IMG/VR virus record: IMGVR_UViG_3300045741_000352
Location: 6,490-70,489 of that record
Direction: 5' to 3' (one strand)
Origin: a virus
Length of the DNA: 64,000 bases
Position numbers and translations under genes: made by a program. The notes beneath the pieces were generated by a model, which saw only the letters and a program-made list of their open reading frames with translations, had not been told where the DNA came from and ran no database searches. Below, in pieces: positions 56,245 through 64,000 of this stretch. The number at the start of each line of letters is the position of its first letter. Positions within the stretch are counted from its first letter, which is position 1.

Positions 56245-58944
56245 TTACGTATACACCATCTCCTTCGCCGTAGCCTCAAGCACTTTTCGCTCAGGGAGTT
56301 CCTTGAACTCTTTCTTTTCCCCGTAATTACTTCCCATACTGAACTCAGCGGGTACACTGAGTGCTACACCGTCATATTCACGTTCGACCTCAAGATGACT
56401 TTTGAGAAACATCGCCACGTCGTACACTTCGTGTGGTGGACAACTGCATACAAGTGCATCGTGCTCCTGCATCATAACGACACTTTGCATATTTTCCGCA
56501 TTCAACCAATTCCAGAGTGGCACCAGGGTACCGATATTGGTCAAATCCGCACACTCGGATTGCGGAAGAAAGTTATAACCTTTTCTGAAGAGATCGTCGT
56601 TCATCTCTTCGTAATGCACATCCCATATCCGGTCCCAACTATTTTTCAGGTATTTCTTGGTTCGCAGTTCTCGGCGTATCAATTGCTGCCATAACCTGAT
56701 AGCAGGAAAGGCTCTATAGTAAGCTTCAAGCAGCACATCGCATTCTTCTGCCAGGTATGGCGTACCATCAGGATGTAGCGCACCATCTTTCATCAATCTG
56801 TCAGCCATCGTCTTCCCTTGCATGTCTCGCATGGCTGCGTGATTGACTGACTTTGCCATTTGCCTCTCTTCAGTGCCTTTCCCCACCTGTGCTATTGGCT
56901 TGTTGAACACAAGTGATGCAACGTAACTATGTTGATCAAAGTCGATACGTGCGCGTCCGAGCTTAATTAAGTCCGGGTCTTTTGTGCGTACAAAAACTAT
57001 GCGACCTTCAATTTGTGAGGCGTCAGCTTCCAATATGACGTGACCCGGTTCCGGCAGCACAGTGCGACGTATAGAAGGCCACTTCTTTGTGGAATCATCC
57101 CGGCTTGTATTTTGACTGTTCCTCCCTAGACCGTTGGGCGCTTTGCTGCTCGCTAATCGTGCCGCTTCTGTGTTGAGCTTCAACGTGAATCTGAAGCGAC
57201 CATCGGTGTCGAACGTATTTGGGTAGAGAAAAGAGGCGAGTTTTTGGGCTTTATTGTGGTCAGCAGCGAGGTCTAGTATTTCGGTGATAGTGTGATCATC
57301 GGCGTACTGAAGTCGTAGCGTTCTAAGAGCCACTGCGTCAGCACTTGCCGTTTCCTCTCCTCCGCTACGGCGTCGTACCTGAACAGGAAGACCCAACGTC
57401 CCGTACAGTAACTCCTTTAACTGTGTATTGGACACTGTTTTTTCTTCGATGGTCTGCAGCGACTTCTCGACTTGCTCTTTCCCGTACTTCAATTCAAGTC
57501 GTGCGAGAGTATCAAAAGATTGCTCAGGCGATTCCACCAAAGCATCATACACTGCTTTGTCACGCTGTGTTGACAATGTGTAAAGTGGTTTCCCGGCCAG
57601 AGTACCCAGGTGATCACGGGTACGTCTGGCGATTTCCAGTAGTCGGTGCAACGTCGCTTCGCGGTACTGGTGATCAATGCGTACTCCCCGTAACATGATG
57701 TCAAGAATGGGATCATAAAGCGCTTCGTAGTGTCGTTTGTAGAACTCTACACAACTGTTACACTGTAACTGCTGCCACAAAATGTCATGAATTTCCTTCG
57801 TAACACAACTGTCCATACCACAATAGTGATAGTACGACTCTTCGTTTTGTTTAATAAGCACAATGTCGTGACCCTTACCTTCGTCCTTATACCACGGCTC
57901 CCAGGTATAGCGCGAAGTAAGGAACTCCAGTGATTGAAGCGAAGCAGGATCAAGAGCGTGATGGATGCACATCGTGTCACGTATCTCGCCGTATACCGAG
58001 AATCCTTCGCGCTCTAGCCACCACCTATCAAACGACACAAAGTTGTGGCCGACTTTTATACACGGTGACGCACAGAGCACACGAATGACATCATCGACAC
58101 CTTGACCGAACGGCAGCACCAGAGCTGTGTGCTTATCGAAAGCAAAGCTCACGCAGTAAAGTTGGCGCTTTCCGTTAATCTTTGGCGTCTCAACGTCAAT
58201 CGCCATTACTTCCTTTTGCCCCTGTGCCTTCTCCATGAATGTTTTGACCGTTTGACGTAATCCCTCTTTGTCCGTATAAGGTGAAATGATGTTTCGTTTT
58301 GGGGGGATGGCGCATCCACAGTAGTCGTGATGTGTTGTGTGGTCGTGTGCGAGTGCGGCGATTCGCTCCCAATCAAGTCTGCTGCATTTTTCAAATGCCG
58401 GTCTTTTACGAATGATTCCGGGGTGGACAATGCCGACAACTTTTTTCCCTCGCCACTCGTAGACACTTCCTCTACGGCGACTAATATCTCTATGACTGGT
58501 AAGGGTTTCAAGGGCCACATTGCCAACACAGACGACAACTCTTGACTCAATGCAGCGTGAAATTCGCTCCAGGGTATCAGCTTGGTGTTGATGTAGTACT
58601 GCGGGATCAAGTTTATCAAGAGAACCCCCCGGTACGGGATAATACGGGTAGAGGTATTCAAAGCGGCAGTGGTCCGGCCTTAAACCTGCAAGCCACATAT
58701 GTTTCCGTAGTCGCTTGCTTGTTCGTCCATTAAAGTACGTGTGTGCTTCGTAGTCATCGTGGTCAGGCGACTCACCGAGTACAACGACTTTTGCCGTCAT
58801 TGGACCGTCACCAAGCAGAGGTGCTTCAATGGGTGGGACTGTATCAGGCAATACAACGGGCACGCCCAATGCCCGTTGTAGTAATGCCTCAAGACGTGTC
58901 ACGCAGACAGGCGCTCTAAGCGAAAATCGTTTACAGGGATGCAT
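56245..58944 (-). CDS. polA: family A DNA polymerase with an N-terminal uracil-DNA-glycosylase-like domain
   Basis: 899 aa. The N-terminal ~200 aa resemble family-4 UDG (VVVLGESPDHDD...FNGRTSKRL ... VVGIVHPG). A 3'-5' exonuclease-like region follows (AIDVETP). Pol A motif A is ILEADASQIEGRIV, motif B is RQMAKSVNHAAM, and motif C is MMQEHDALV. The start may instead be the ATG at 58800. Confidence 0.85.
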   Translation of the reverse strand: MHPCKRFSLRAPVCVTRLEALLQRALGVPVVLPDTVPPIEAPLLGDGPMTAKVVVLGESPDHDDYEAHTYFNGRTSKRLRKHMWLAGLRPDHCRFEYLYPYYPVPGGSLDKLDPAVLHQHQADTLERISRCIESRVVVCVGNVALETLTSHRDISRRRGSVYEWRGKKVVGIVHPGIIRKRPAFEKCSRLDWERIAALAHDHTTHHDYCGCAIPPKRNIISPYTDKEGLRQTVKTFMEKAQGQKEVMAIDVETPKINGKRQLYCVSFAFDKHTALVLPFGQGVDDVIRVLCASPCIKVGHNFVSFDRWWLEREGFSVYGEIRDTMCIHHALDPASLQSLEFLTSRYTWEPWYKDEGKGHDIVLIKQNEESYYHYCGMDSCVTKEIHDILWQQLQCNSCVEFYKRHYEALYDPILDIMLRGVRIDHQYREATLHRLLEIARRTRDHLGTLAGKPLYTLSTQRDKAVYDALVESPEQSFDTLARLELKYGKEQVEKSLQTIEEKTVSNTQLKELLYGTLGLPVQVRRRSGGEETASADAVALRTLRLQYADDHTITEILDLAADHNKAQKLASFLYPNTFDTDGRFRFTLKLNTEAARLASSKAPNGLGRNSQNTSRDDSTKKWPSIRRTVLPEPGHVILEADASQIEGRIVFVRTKDPDLIKLGRARIDFDQHSYVASLVFNKPIAQVGKGTEERQMAKSVNHAAMRDMQGKTMADRLMKDGALHPDGTPYLAEECDVLLEAYYRAFPAIRLWQQLIRRELRTKKYLKNSWDRIWDVHYEEMNDDLFRKGYNFLPQSECADLTNIGTLVPLWNWLNAENMQSVVMMQEHDALVCSCPPHEVYDVAMFLKSHLEVEREYDGVALSVPAEFSMGSNYGEKKEFKELPERKVLEATAKEMVYT

Positions 58945-59300
58945 GCCACTTTTGCACCACCCAAAGCACGTGGATGTTTCATATCCGAACCATAAACAAT
59001 TGATACACCTTCACTTTTTGTTAAAACATATGTTGTCATGAGCTTTGTCGACTCTTCACTTTCCGTTGCCAGCCCTAGCGCGTGCTGTGCTCGCTGCCTG
59101 GCAATTTTCTTCCCTGTTTTCCGGCACGGGTTATCACGAGGTCCGCAAATAGCAATACCCACCGCTGTGCAATCGGTCGTGCGAATGTAGCAAACTGTGA
59201 TACGCGGCTCTTTCTGTGTTTTGTGCTCACCTTCTGGTGTCGTCCAATTTTTCGTTGTGTAAAAATACTGATATTCGATCTTGCAATCGTGTTCGGCCAT
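58899..59300 (-). CDS. hypothetical protein
   Basis: Track ORF of 133 aa with caggagca upstream of the ATG. Confidence 0.5.
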   Translation of the reverse strand: MAEHDCKIEYQYFYTTKNWTTPEGEHKTQKEPRITVCYIRTTDCTAVGIAICGPRDNPCRKTGKKIARQRAQHALGLATESEESTKLMTTYVLTKSEGVSIVYGSDMKHPRALGGAKVACIPVNDFRLERLSA

Positions 59301-59381
59301 TTTTTGTGCTCCTGTGAGAAAATTACAACATCTAACCAGACTACCAATCTTGCTGTTGTAGTCGCTCTTCTCAGCGTCTTA

Positions 59382-59588
59382 CTACTTACGGTGCGTTCGC
59401 ATAGTACGACGTGCCAACTTCTGCCGTATACGTGCTGCCCGTTTTTGTTGTTTGAATTTAGACCGTATAGCGCGACGAACACCCGGCACCTCCAATTTTT
59501 GTACCGGAATTTTCGGTGCAAGTTTAGGTGTACCAAGAAGACTACCTGTGAATAGACCAAAAATACGCTTCAAACTTTTGATGCTCAC
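59382..59588 (-). CDS. small basic hypothetical protein
   Basis: Track ORF of 68 aa with a GTG start 8 nt after aaggag. It is Arg/Lys-rich. Confidence 0.45.
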   Translation of the reverse strand: MSIKSLKRIFGLFTGSLLGTPKLAPKIPVQKLEVPGVRRAIRSKFKQQKRAARIRQKLARRTMRTHRK

Positions 59589-59601
59589 TGCATTACTCCT
59601 T

Positions 59602-59766
59602 CTAGTAGTTCCACAAATCTGCTTCGGAACACGTCAAACCTTCCGGGTCATCACATAAACCCGCGTCTTCAAGCTGACGCTCTAATTCCTTCACCTTTTC
59701 TTCTAGAACATCCAGACGTGTCTTGAGTCGTAAAAAAGCACTCCGTAACTTTTCTTCGTCGATCAT
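59602..59766 (-). CDS. small coiled-coil protein (54 aa, below the track cutoff)
   Basis: Hand translation gives MIDEEKLRSAFLRLKTRLDVLEEKVKELERQLEDAGLCDDPEGLTCSEADLWNY. Its ATG overlaps the helicase TGA by 1 nt. Confidence 0.4.
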   Translation of the reverse strand: MIDEEKLRSAFLRLKTRLDVLEEKVKELERQLEDAGLCDDPEGLTCSEADLWNY

Positions 59767-61418
59767 CACCACCTCACAGCATTCTTACTCGCTGGTTGTG
59801 CAAGAATGAGGTTTTCTCGTGCTCGTGTGATACCGACATAAAACACACGCCGCATTTCTTCGGCAGCGTCAGCACTGGCGCGAGCGGCAGAGCCAGCTTC
59901 CAGTGAGAAATCAGGGAAAAGAACTACGGTATCAGCCTCAGCACCCTTCAAACTATGCACTGTGCCAACAATGACACTCGGACGTGTTTGCAAACTTTGC
60001 ACGCCGCGTCTGTGAATAACCTCGACAACGAAATCACGCAGCGTATCACTCCCTTTGACCGCATCAAGGTACCAGCGTAGATCTGGCTCAGGTGCGATGT
60101 GCTTCAGAGCATCAGGCACAAAACACGCTGCAATCAAATCGCTGATAGCTTCGTCACTTGCCCCGCTGTCCAGCTCTTTAATTTTGTTTTGCAGACCGCG
60201 TTGGAATATGCCAGTCACAGGAAGACCACCAGTCCACGCCTTGAAATCATCAGCCGTCCAGAAACGCGCATGCTCGCCCCATATGGCGACACTTGGCCTT
60301 GTGAACGCTAGCACACGATCTACAATGGTATTGCCCCGTCCACGCTTTTGCGGCAAAGGGTTCCACTTCCCGTTTGAAGGCCGTAACGGATTGTGAAATG
60401 GTATGCCCGCTTCTCGTAGGCACTTCAGTATGGGGTCAATCATGTAGCCGCAGGTCGCCACAAACATGATGCTCCTGTTGTTGTGTTGATGCTCGGTAAT
60501 CAGCTCCTCTATCGACTGCGGTGTAAAATTGTTGTACGTAGGCGCTCCTTCGTACAGCACACGACCGGGGACCACTTTGCCGTCTTCGTCGGTGCGTGGT
60601 TCAAAGGACACACGCATCATTTTCTTAAAACGCTTCTGCCACTCCTGGCAATAGTCATATACCGCACCAGGAAGTCTGTACGAGTGTTGAAGCGGTTTGC
60701 GTGTGCTGTCGTGTGTTTGCCAGAGATTTTGCAGCAGCATTGGATCAGTGCCGCGATAGCCAAAGAGGCTCTGCAAAAAGTCACCAGCAAGCACAAGGTG
60801 TTCTGCCTTGTGCGCCCATTTCTCAATAAGCTGCATCTCCAAAGAACCCACATCCTGCCATTCATCTCCGATAATTACCGAAGGTTCTCCAGGTGCCGTA
60901 TCCACTTCTTTAACGGCCTGTTCGAGCATATCAGTGAAATCGACATAGCCGCACTGCTTCTTCCAGTCTTCCCACCGTTTCGTAAACCCGGCTATATAGG
61001 TTGACTGCCAGAGTGGGGAGCTGCGTGGTAAGGCAATGGTTCGCAACCTGGCATATTCAAGTTTGATGGCATCCCCTTCTGTGCTACCTTCGGGCGCGGT
61101 GTAACCATCATCAGGATTTTTCGCCTGTCCCGAACCTGAGAGTTGATACGACGGGTACGCTTCGTTCCACTCTTTGAGCTTCGATTCAGCCACAATAGGC
61201 TGACCGAGAGCGCGATACGCAAAAGCATGCACTGTACCGAACTGTTGAAACGGTAACTCAATGTCACGTGCCGCTCGGTACGCTGCAGAGCGTGTGAGTG
61301 AGCACACGATGACGCGATCATGCCCGTACCGCTGTGCGGCACGTGTTGCCCACTCAGAGAGTGTGGTTGTCTTGCCTGTGCCAGGTGGTCCTATGATAAT
61401 TGATACTTTTGCTCCCAT
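59766..61418 (-). CDS. SF1 DNA helicase (UvrD/Rep-like)
   Basis: 550 aa. Walker A is GPPGTGKTT and the DExx-type motif is VIIGDEWQDV. The C-terminal motifs VGTVHSLKGAEADTVVL and FYVGITRARENL are present. Confidence 0.85.
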   Translation of the reverse strand: MGAKVSIIIGPPGTGKTTTLSEWATRAAQRYGHDRVIVCSLTRSAAYRAARDIELPFQQFGTVHAFAYRALGQPIVAESKLKEWNEAYPSYQLSGSGQAKNPDDGYTAPEGSTEGDAIKLEYARLRTIALPRSSPLWQSTYIAGFTKRWEDWKKQCGYVDFTDMLEQAVKEVDTAPGEPSVIIGDEWQDVGSLEMQLIEKWAHKAEHLVLAGDFLQSLFGYRGTDPMLLQNLWQTHDSTRKPLQHSYRLPGAVYDYCQEWQKRFKKMMRVSFEPRTDEDGKVVPGRVLYEGAPTYNNFTPQSIEELITEHQHNNRSIMFVATCGYMIDPILKCLREAGIPFHNPLRPSNGKWNPLPQKRGRGNTIVDRVLAFTRPSVAIWGEHARFWTADDFKAWTGGLPVTGIFQRGLQNKIKELDSGASDEAISDLIAACFVPDALKHIAPEPDLRWYLDAVKGSDTLRDFVVEVIHRRGVQSLQTRPSVIVGTVHSLKGAEADTVVLFPDFSLEAGSAARASADAAEEMRRVFYVGITRARENLILAQPASKNAVRW

Positions 61419-61423
61419 GTTTC

Positions 61424-61702
61424 TTATCCCAATGTGGCAATCACAATAGCAACTAACACGATTTCCATGTCTTCAGCATTCCTTGCAATCACAGGCGGTA
61501 CAATCTCTTTTACCCACTTATCATTGCGTAATTTGTACATCTGCGGACCTTTGAGCCACTTATTGAGCGCTGATGAAGCATCACAGTGGCGCTTGAATAA
61601 GCGTGGAATGCAATCTTTTTCAGGCACATCCCATGTATAGCCTTTCTTCTTACGACTCAAAGGAATGTAGTAGCCTGTGGATTTTTGACGTATAGCAAAC
61701 AT
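61424..61702 (-). CDS. hypothetical protein
   Basis: Track ORF of 92 aa. Confidence 0.45.
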   Translation of the reverse strand: MFAIRQKSTGYYIPLSRKKKGYTWDVPEKDCIPRLFKRHCDASSALNKWLKGPQMYKLRNDKWVKEIVPPVIARNAEDMEIVLVAIVIATLG

Positions 61703-61707
61703 AGGCG

Positions 61708-62082
61708 TTAGTCCGAAGAATCTATTGTCTGTTCATAGCCGCATCTTCTGCATGTATACACGTGTAGACATTTTCCCACATTGCGGGAATGTCGCATAGC
61801 ATGCACACACGTGACATTTGGCCCATTTGCGTCAACAAAACCCCAACCGTTGCACTGACCGCAAAATGCTTTAAAGTGACAATACTTATGCCTCACTTCC
61901 GCTGTGTCTTCCATACCACGAGGCACGCCGTGTGCATTTAACGTAAGGTTATGCCCACCGTACCCGTGACACTGCGGACAAAGTACATACGGCAGTTTGT
62001 AAAATTTTTCGTAGGTCTCTCTTTTGGAGTCAACAGATGGAAAATCAGTGAAAGCATCCGGGTCGCTCCATGTTATTGACAT
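61708..62082 (-). CDS. Cys-rich zinc-binding-type hypothetical protein
   Basis: ATG at 62082 after gagga, within track ORF 61708..62088. It has several CxxC pairs (CPQCHG, CGQCNG, CRRCG). Confidence 0.5.
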   Translation of the reverse strand: MSITWSDPDAFTDFPSVDSKRETYEKFYKLPYVLCPQCHGYGGHNLTLNAHGVPRGMEDTAEVRHKYCHFKAFCGQCNGWGFVDANGPNVTCVHAMRHSRNVGKCLHVYTCRRCGYEQTIDSSD

Positions 62083-62185
62083 TACCAATTATCCTCATGC
62101 ACATATTGATTGATACATAACCCATCCAGGTCTATTATCGCCCTGTGACGACCATAGACGTATCCCAACACAAAAGCACACGCAC

Positions 62186-62524
62186 TTACAATGAGATACC
62201 ACATTGTTCCTTCTCCTCAAGTACCGCATCCATTCCAATGCACGTCAAATACTCTGGCGAAAAACCTAGCTTGAGTTTCTGCAATAATCCGACTTTTTCG
62301 TAGACCTCCATATACGACTTCGTTATTTTTTCTTGACATTGCAGAGAACACGTAGGACTAAAATGCCCAGTTAGATGTGCTTTATTATTTTCACAGTGAA
62401 TCCGTTGTCCACAACCAGCACAATAGGCTGACACTTTAGTCGTAAATGTCCTATCTCTCATCGTATGCACACACTTCATCAATGATTGCTGTCGATGCGA
62501 TGTCCATTTCTCGCAGTGTGGCAA
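62186..62524 (-). CDS. Cys-rich hypothetical protein (start uncertain)
   Basis: Track ORF of 112 aa (CAGCGQRIHC ... CSLQC). Its 5' end overlaps the parB-like gene, and internal ATGs at 62479 and 62461 are possible starts. Confidence 0.4.
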   Translation of the reverse strand: MPHCEKWTSHRQQSLMKCVHTMRDRTFTTKVSAYCAGCGQRIHCENNKAHLTGHFSPTCSLQCQEKITKSYMEVYEKVGLLQKLKLGFSPEYLTCIGMDAVLEEKEQCGISL

Positions 62525-63248
62525 TTATCCATGGTAAACCGTGTCCTTTAACAAGCCGCACCAGTGTGTCTTCGTCACTTGACGCACCGCCCTGCATTAC
62601 AGCCAGCGTCTCTGGCCTGGGTGTTGTTTTCTTCTCGACACGCGCCTTGACTTTCTTTTCAAGTAATTCTTTTTGTGGTGTACTGGTACGGTTGGATTCT
62701 TGCACGACGCGCAAGCCGTCACTCACCGTAATTTGTTTTTCGGCAATTGCCTGATGTACTTCTGGTTCCGCTTCCAACATAGTTAAGCGTCCAGATACGT
62801 AGGAGATACTTTTGCCGATCTTCGCAGCAATACGCCGCAATTCCCAACCAAAACACTTGAGTCGGTTGAAAGCGTGTGCTTCTTCTATAGGATCAAGAGC
62901 CGCTGCGTTTATGTTAGAAGCCAGAGCACGCGCAAGTAACTCACCCTCATCCCGCGAGGTTTCAAGCACAGCGGGGATAGCAAGTATCTCTAATCCTTCA
63001 TCCATGAGTTCCAGTGTTGCCCGTAAGCGCCTCTCACCATCCACCAGATACAACTCTGTGTCTTTACGACTGAGTAACACAGGCTTGTGATTGTAAAATC
63101 CGTTGTCGCGTATAGACTCTTTCAGCTCCTCAACGTCAAAACGTGTGCGCGGGTTCCATCCGGGTCGCACAATGATTTTGCGGGGGTTTACCTTAAAGAG
63201 ATCTGTGGACCCCACATAGGCGTCTGTTTTCTTCATAGATGAAGACAT
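62451..63248 (-). CDS. parB: ParB N-terminal domain protein (ParB-like partition or nuclease family)
   Basis: 265 aa. It has IRDNGFYNHKPVLL and LVDGERRLRATLEL (the GERR.RA arginine patch). An HTH-like segment, RRIAAKIGKSISYVSGRL, follows. Confidence 0.8.
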   Translation of the reverse strand: MSSSMKKTDAYVGSTDLFKVNPRKIIVRPGWNPRTRFDVEELKESIRDNGFYNHKPVLLSRKDTELYLVDGERRLRATLELMDEGLEILAIPAVLETSRDEGELLARALASNINAAALDPIEEAHAFNRLKCFGWELRRIAAKIGKSISYVSGRLTMLEAEPEVHQAIAEKQITVSDGLRVVQESNRTSTPQKELLEKKVKARVEKKTTPRPETLAVMQGGASSDEDTLVRLVKGHGLPWIIATLREMDIASTAIIDEVCAYDER

Positions 63249-63257
63249 GGTGCGCTC

Positions 63258-63908
63258 CTAATTACCTACCCAATACTGTATATCAGGGTGCTGTGATCGC
63301 ATATCTGCAGAAATTTCATATAAAAAACCTTCCAACTTACTGCAATCACCTTCCAGGCCGGTGCAGTCACCTTCCAGGCCGGTGCAGTCACCTTCCAGGC
63401 CGGTGCAATCTCCCCACAACCTGCTGCAATTGCCCCGTAGGCCGGTGCAGTCACCTTCCAAATTAGCACAAGCACCACGCAACCCACTGCAATCACCCAC
63501 TAACTCGCTGCAATCCCCTACTAATTCGCTGCAATCACCACGCAACCCACTGCAATCACCCACTAACTCGCTGCAATTACCACGCAACCCACTGCAATCA
63601 CCCACTAACTCGCTGCAATCCCCTACTAACTCGCTGCAATCACCACGCAACCTGCTGCAATCGCCCCGCAAATAGGCGCAGTCACCACGCAAATTACTGC
63701 AATCGCCCCACAAATAGGTGCAGTTACCACGCAAATTACTGCAATCGCCCCTCAATAAACTATGTGGTCCTTCAATACGTGTATTCTGGCTTACATGAAA
63801 TAACGGTTCACTGATTGCACGTTTCAAAGGTTTTATGTCCACGACACACTCCCTCAACTGATCACGACGCACTTTTTTTGTTTTTGTGGATGTTTGCCCA
63901 CAATCCAA
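63258..63908 (-). CDS. heptad-repeat Cys-rich protein (20 x GDC(S/T)xLx)
   Basis: 216 aa. After a 49-aa basic N-terminus the sequence is an uninterrupted run: RGDCSNL RGNCTYL WGDCSNL RGDCAYL ... EGDCTGL EGDCSKL. No family recognised. Confidence 0.6.
   Translation of the reverse strand: MDCGQTSTKTKKVRRDQLRECVVDIKPLKRAISEPLFHVSQNTRIEGPHSLLRGDCSNLRGNCTYLWGDCSNLRGDCAYLRGDCSRLRGDCSELVGDCSELVGDCSGLRGNCSELVGDCSGLRGDCSELVGDCSELVGDCSGLRGACANLEGDCTGLRGNCSRLWGDCTGLEGDCTGLEGDCTGLEGDCSKLEGFLYEISADMRSQHPDIQYWVGN
63320..63765 (-). repeat. 21-bp tandem repeat array underlying the heptad protein
   Basis: There are about 20 diverged 21-bp units, including three identical consecutive copies (caccttccaggccggtgcagt) at about 63347-63409. 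Confidence 0.9.
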
Positions 63909-64000
63909 CGATGTTCACATCCAGGCTAAAACTTCGTCCACAGTCACTACACGTGACCACCTCATCAACGTAGACCTCAACAGCTATGTCTTTACTGCAC

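Noticed and set aside
63361-63675. Plus-strand PS-rich ORF (MQSPSRPVQSPSRP...) opposite the heptad-repeat gene.
   Set aside because: It is an open frame produced by the 21-bp repeat. The minus-strand ORF extends beyond the repeat with a non-repetitive N-terminus and tail, and it matches the local gene orientation.

Overview
The window reads as one continuous stretch of a tailed dsDNA phage genome with a podovirus-like layout. I saw no integrase, repressor or att site, so I cannot say whether it is a prophage. There are three transcription blocks. (1) 1-5.8 kb carries mostly minus-strand small early-type genes, including a RadC-like JAB protein and a DUF932-like protein, separated by clear hairpin terminators and a duplicated leader element. 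(2) 5.9-45.8 kb is the plus-strand packaging and virion module. In order it holds terS, a 1.55-kb repeat-filled non-coding island, terL, fibre-like genes, portal, a Com-like zinc finger, scaffold-like and Mu gpT-like capsid genes, beta-helix and fibre proteins, a cassette of three signal-peptide proteins, four adaptor-like paralogs, a large tail protein, and internal virion proteins, one with a lytic transglycosylase domain. (3) 45.9-64 kb is the minus-strand DNA-metabolism and replication module. It holds class II RNR, an NTP-pyrophosphohydrolase-like protein, Dcd, ThyX, a PolA with an N-terminal UDG-like domain, an SF1 helicase, ParB-like, and a tRNA-Gln-like element. The strongest candidates for something undescribed are two. 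The first is an array of four tandem paralogous minus-strand genes at 54.19-55.43 kb. Each starts MERI(D/G) and then encodes about 80-115 aa of strict Gly-X dipeptide repeats (X = Tyr, Ser, Asp, Asn). The second is a 216-aa protein at 63.26-63.91 kb made of 20 consecutive GDC(S/T)xLx heptads. All functional calls rest on motif recognition by eye, with no database search, and most small ORFs are hypothetical.
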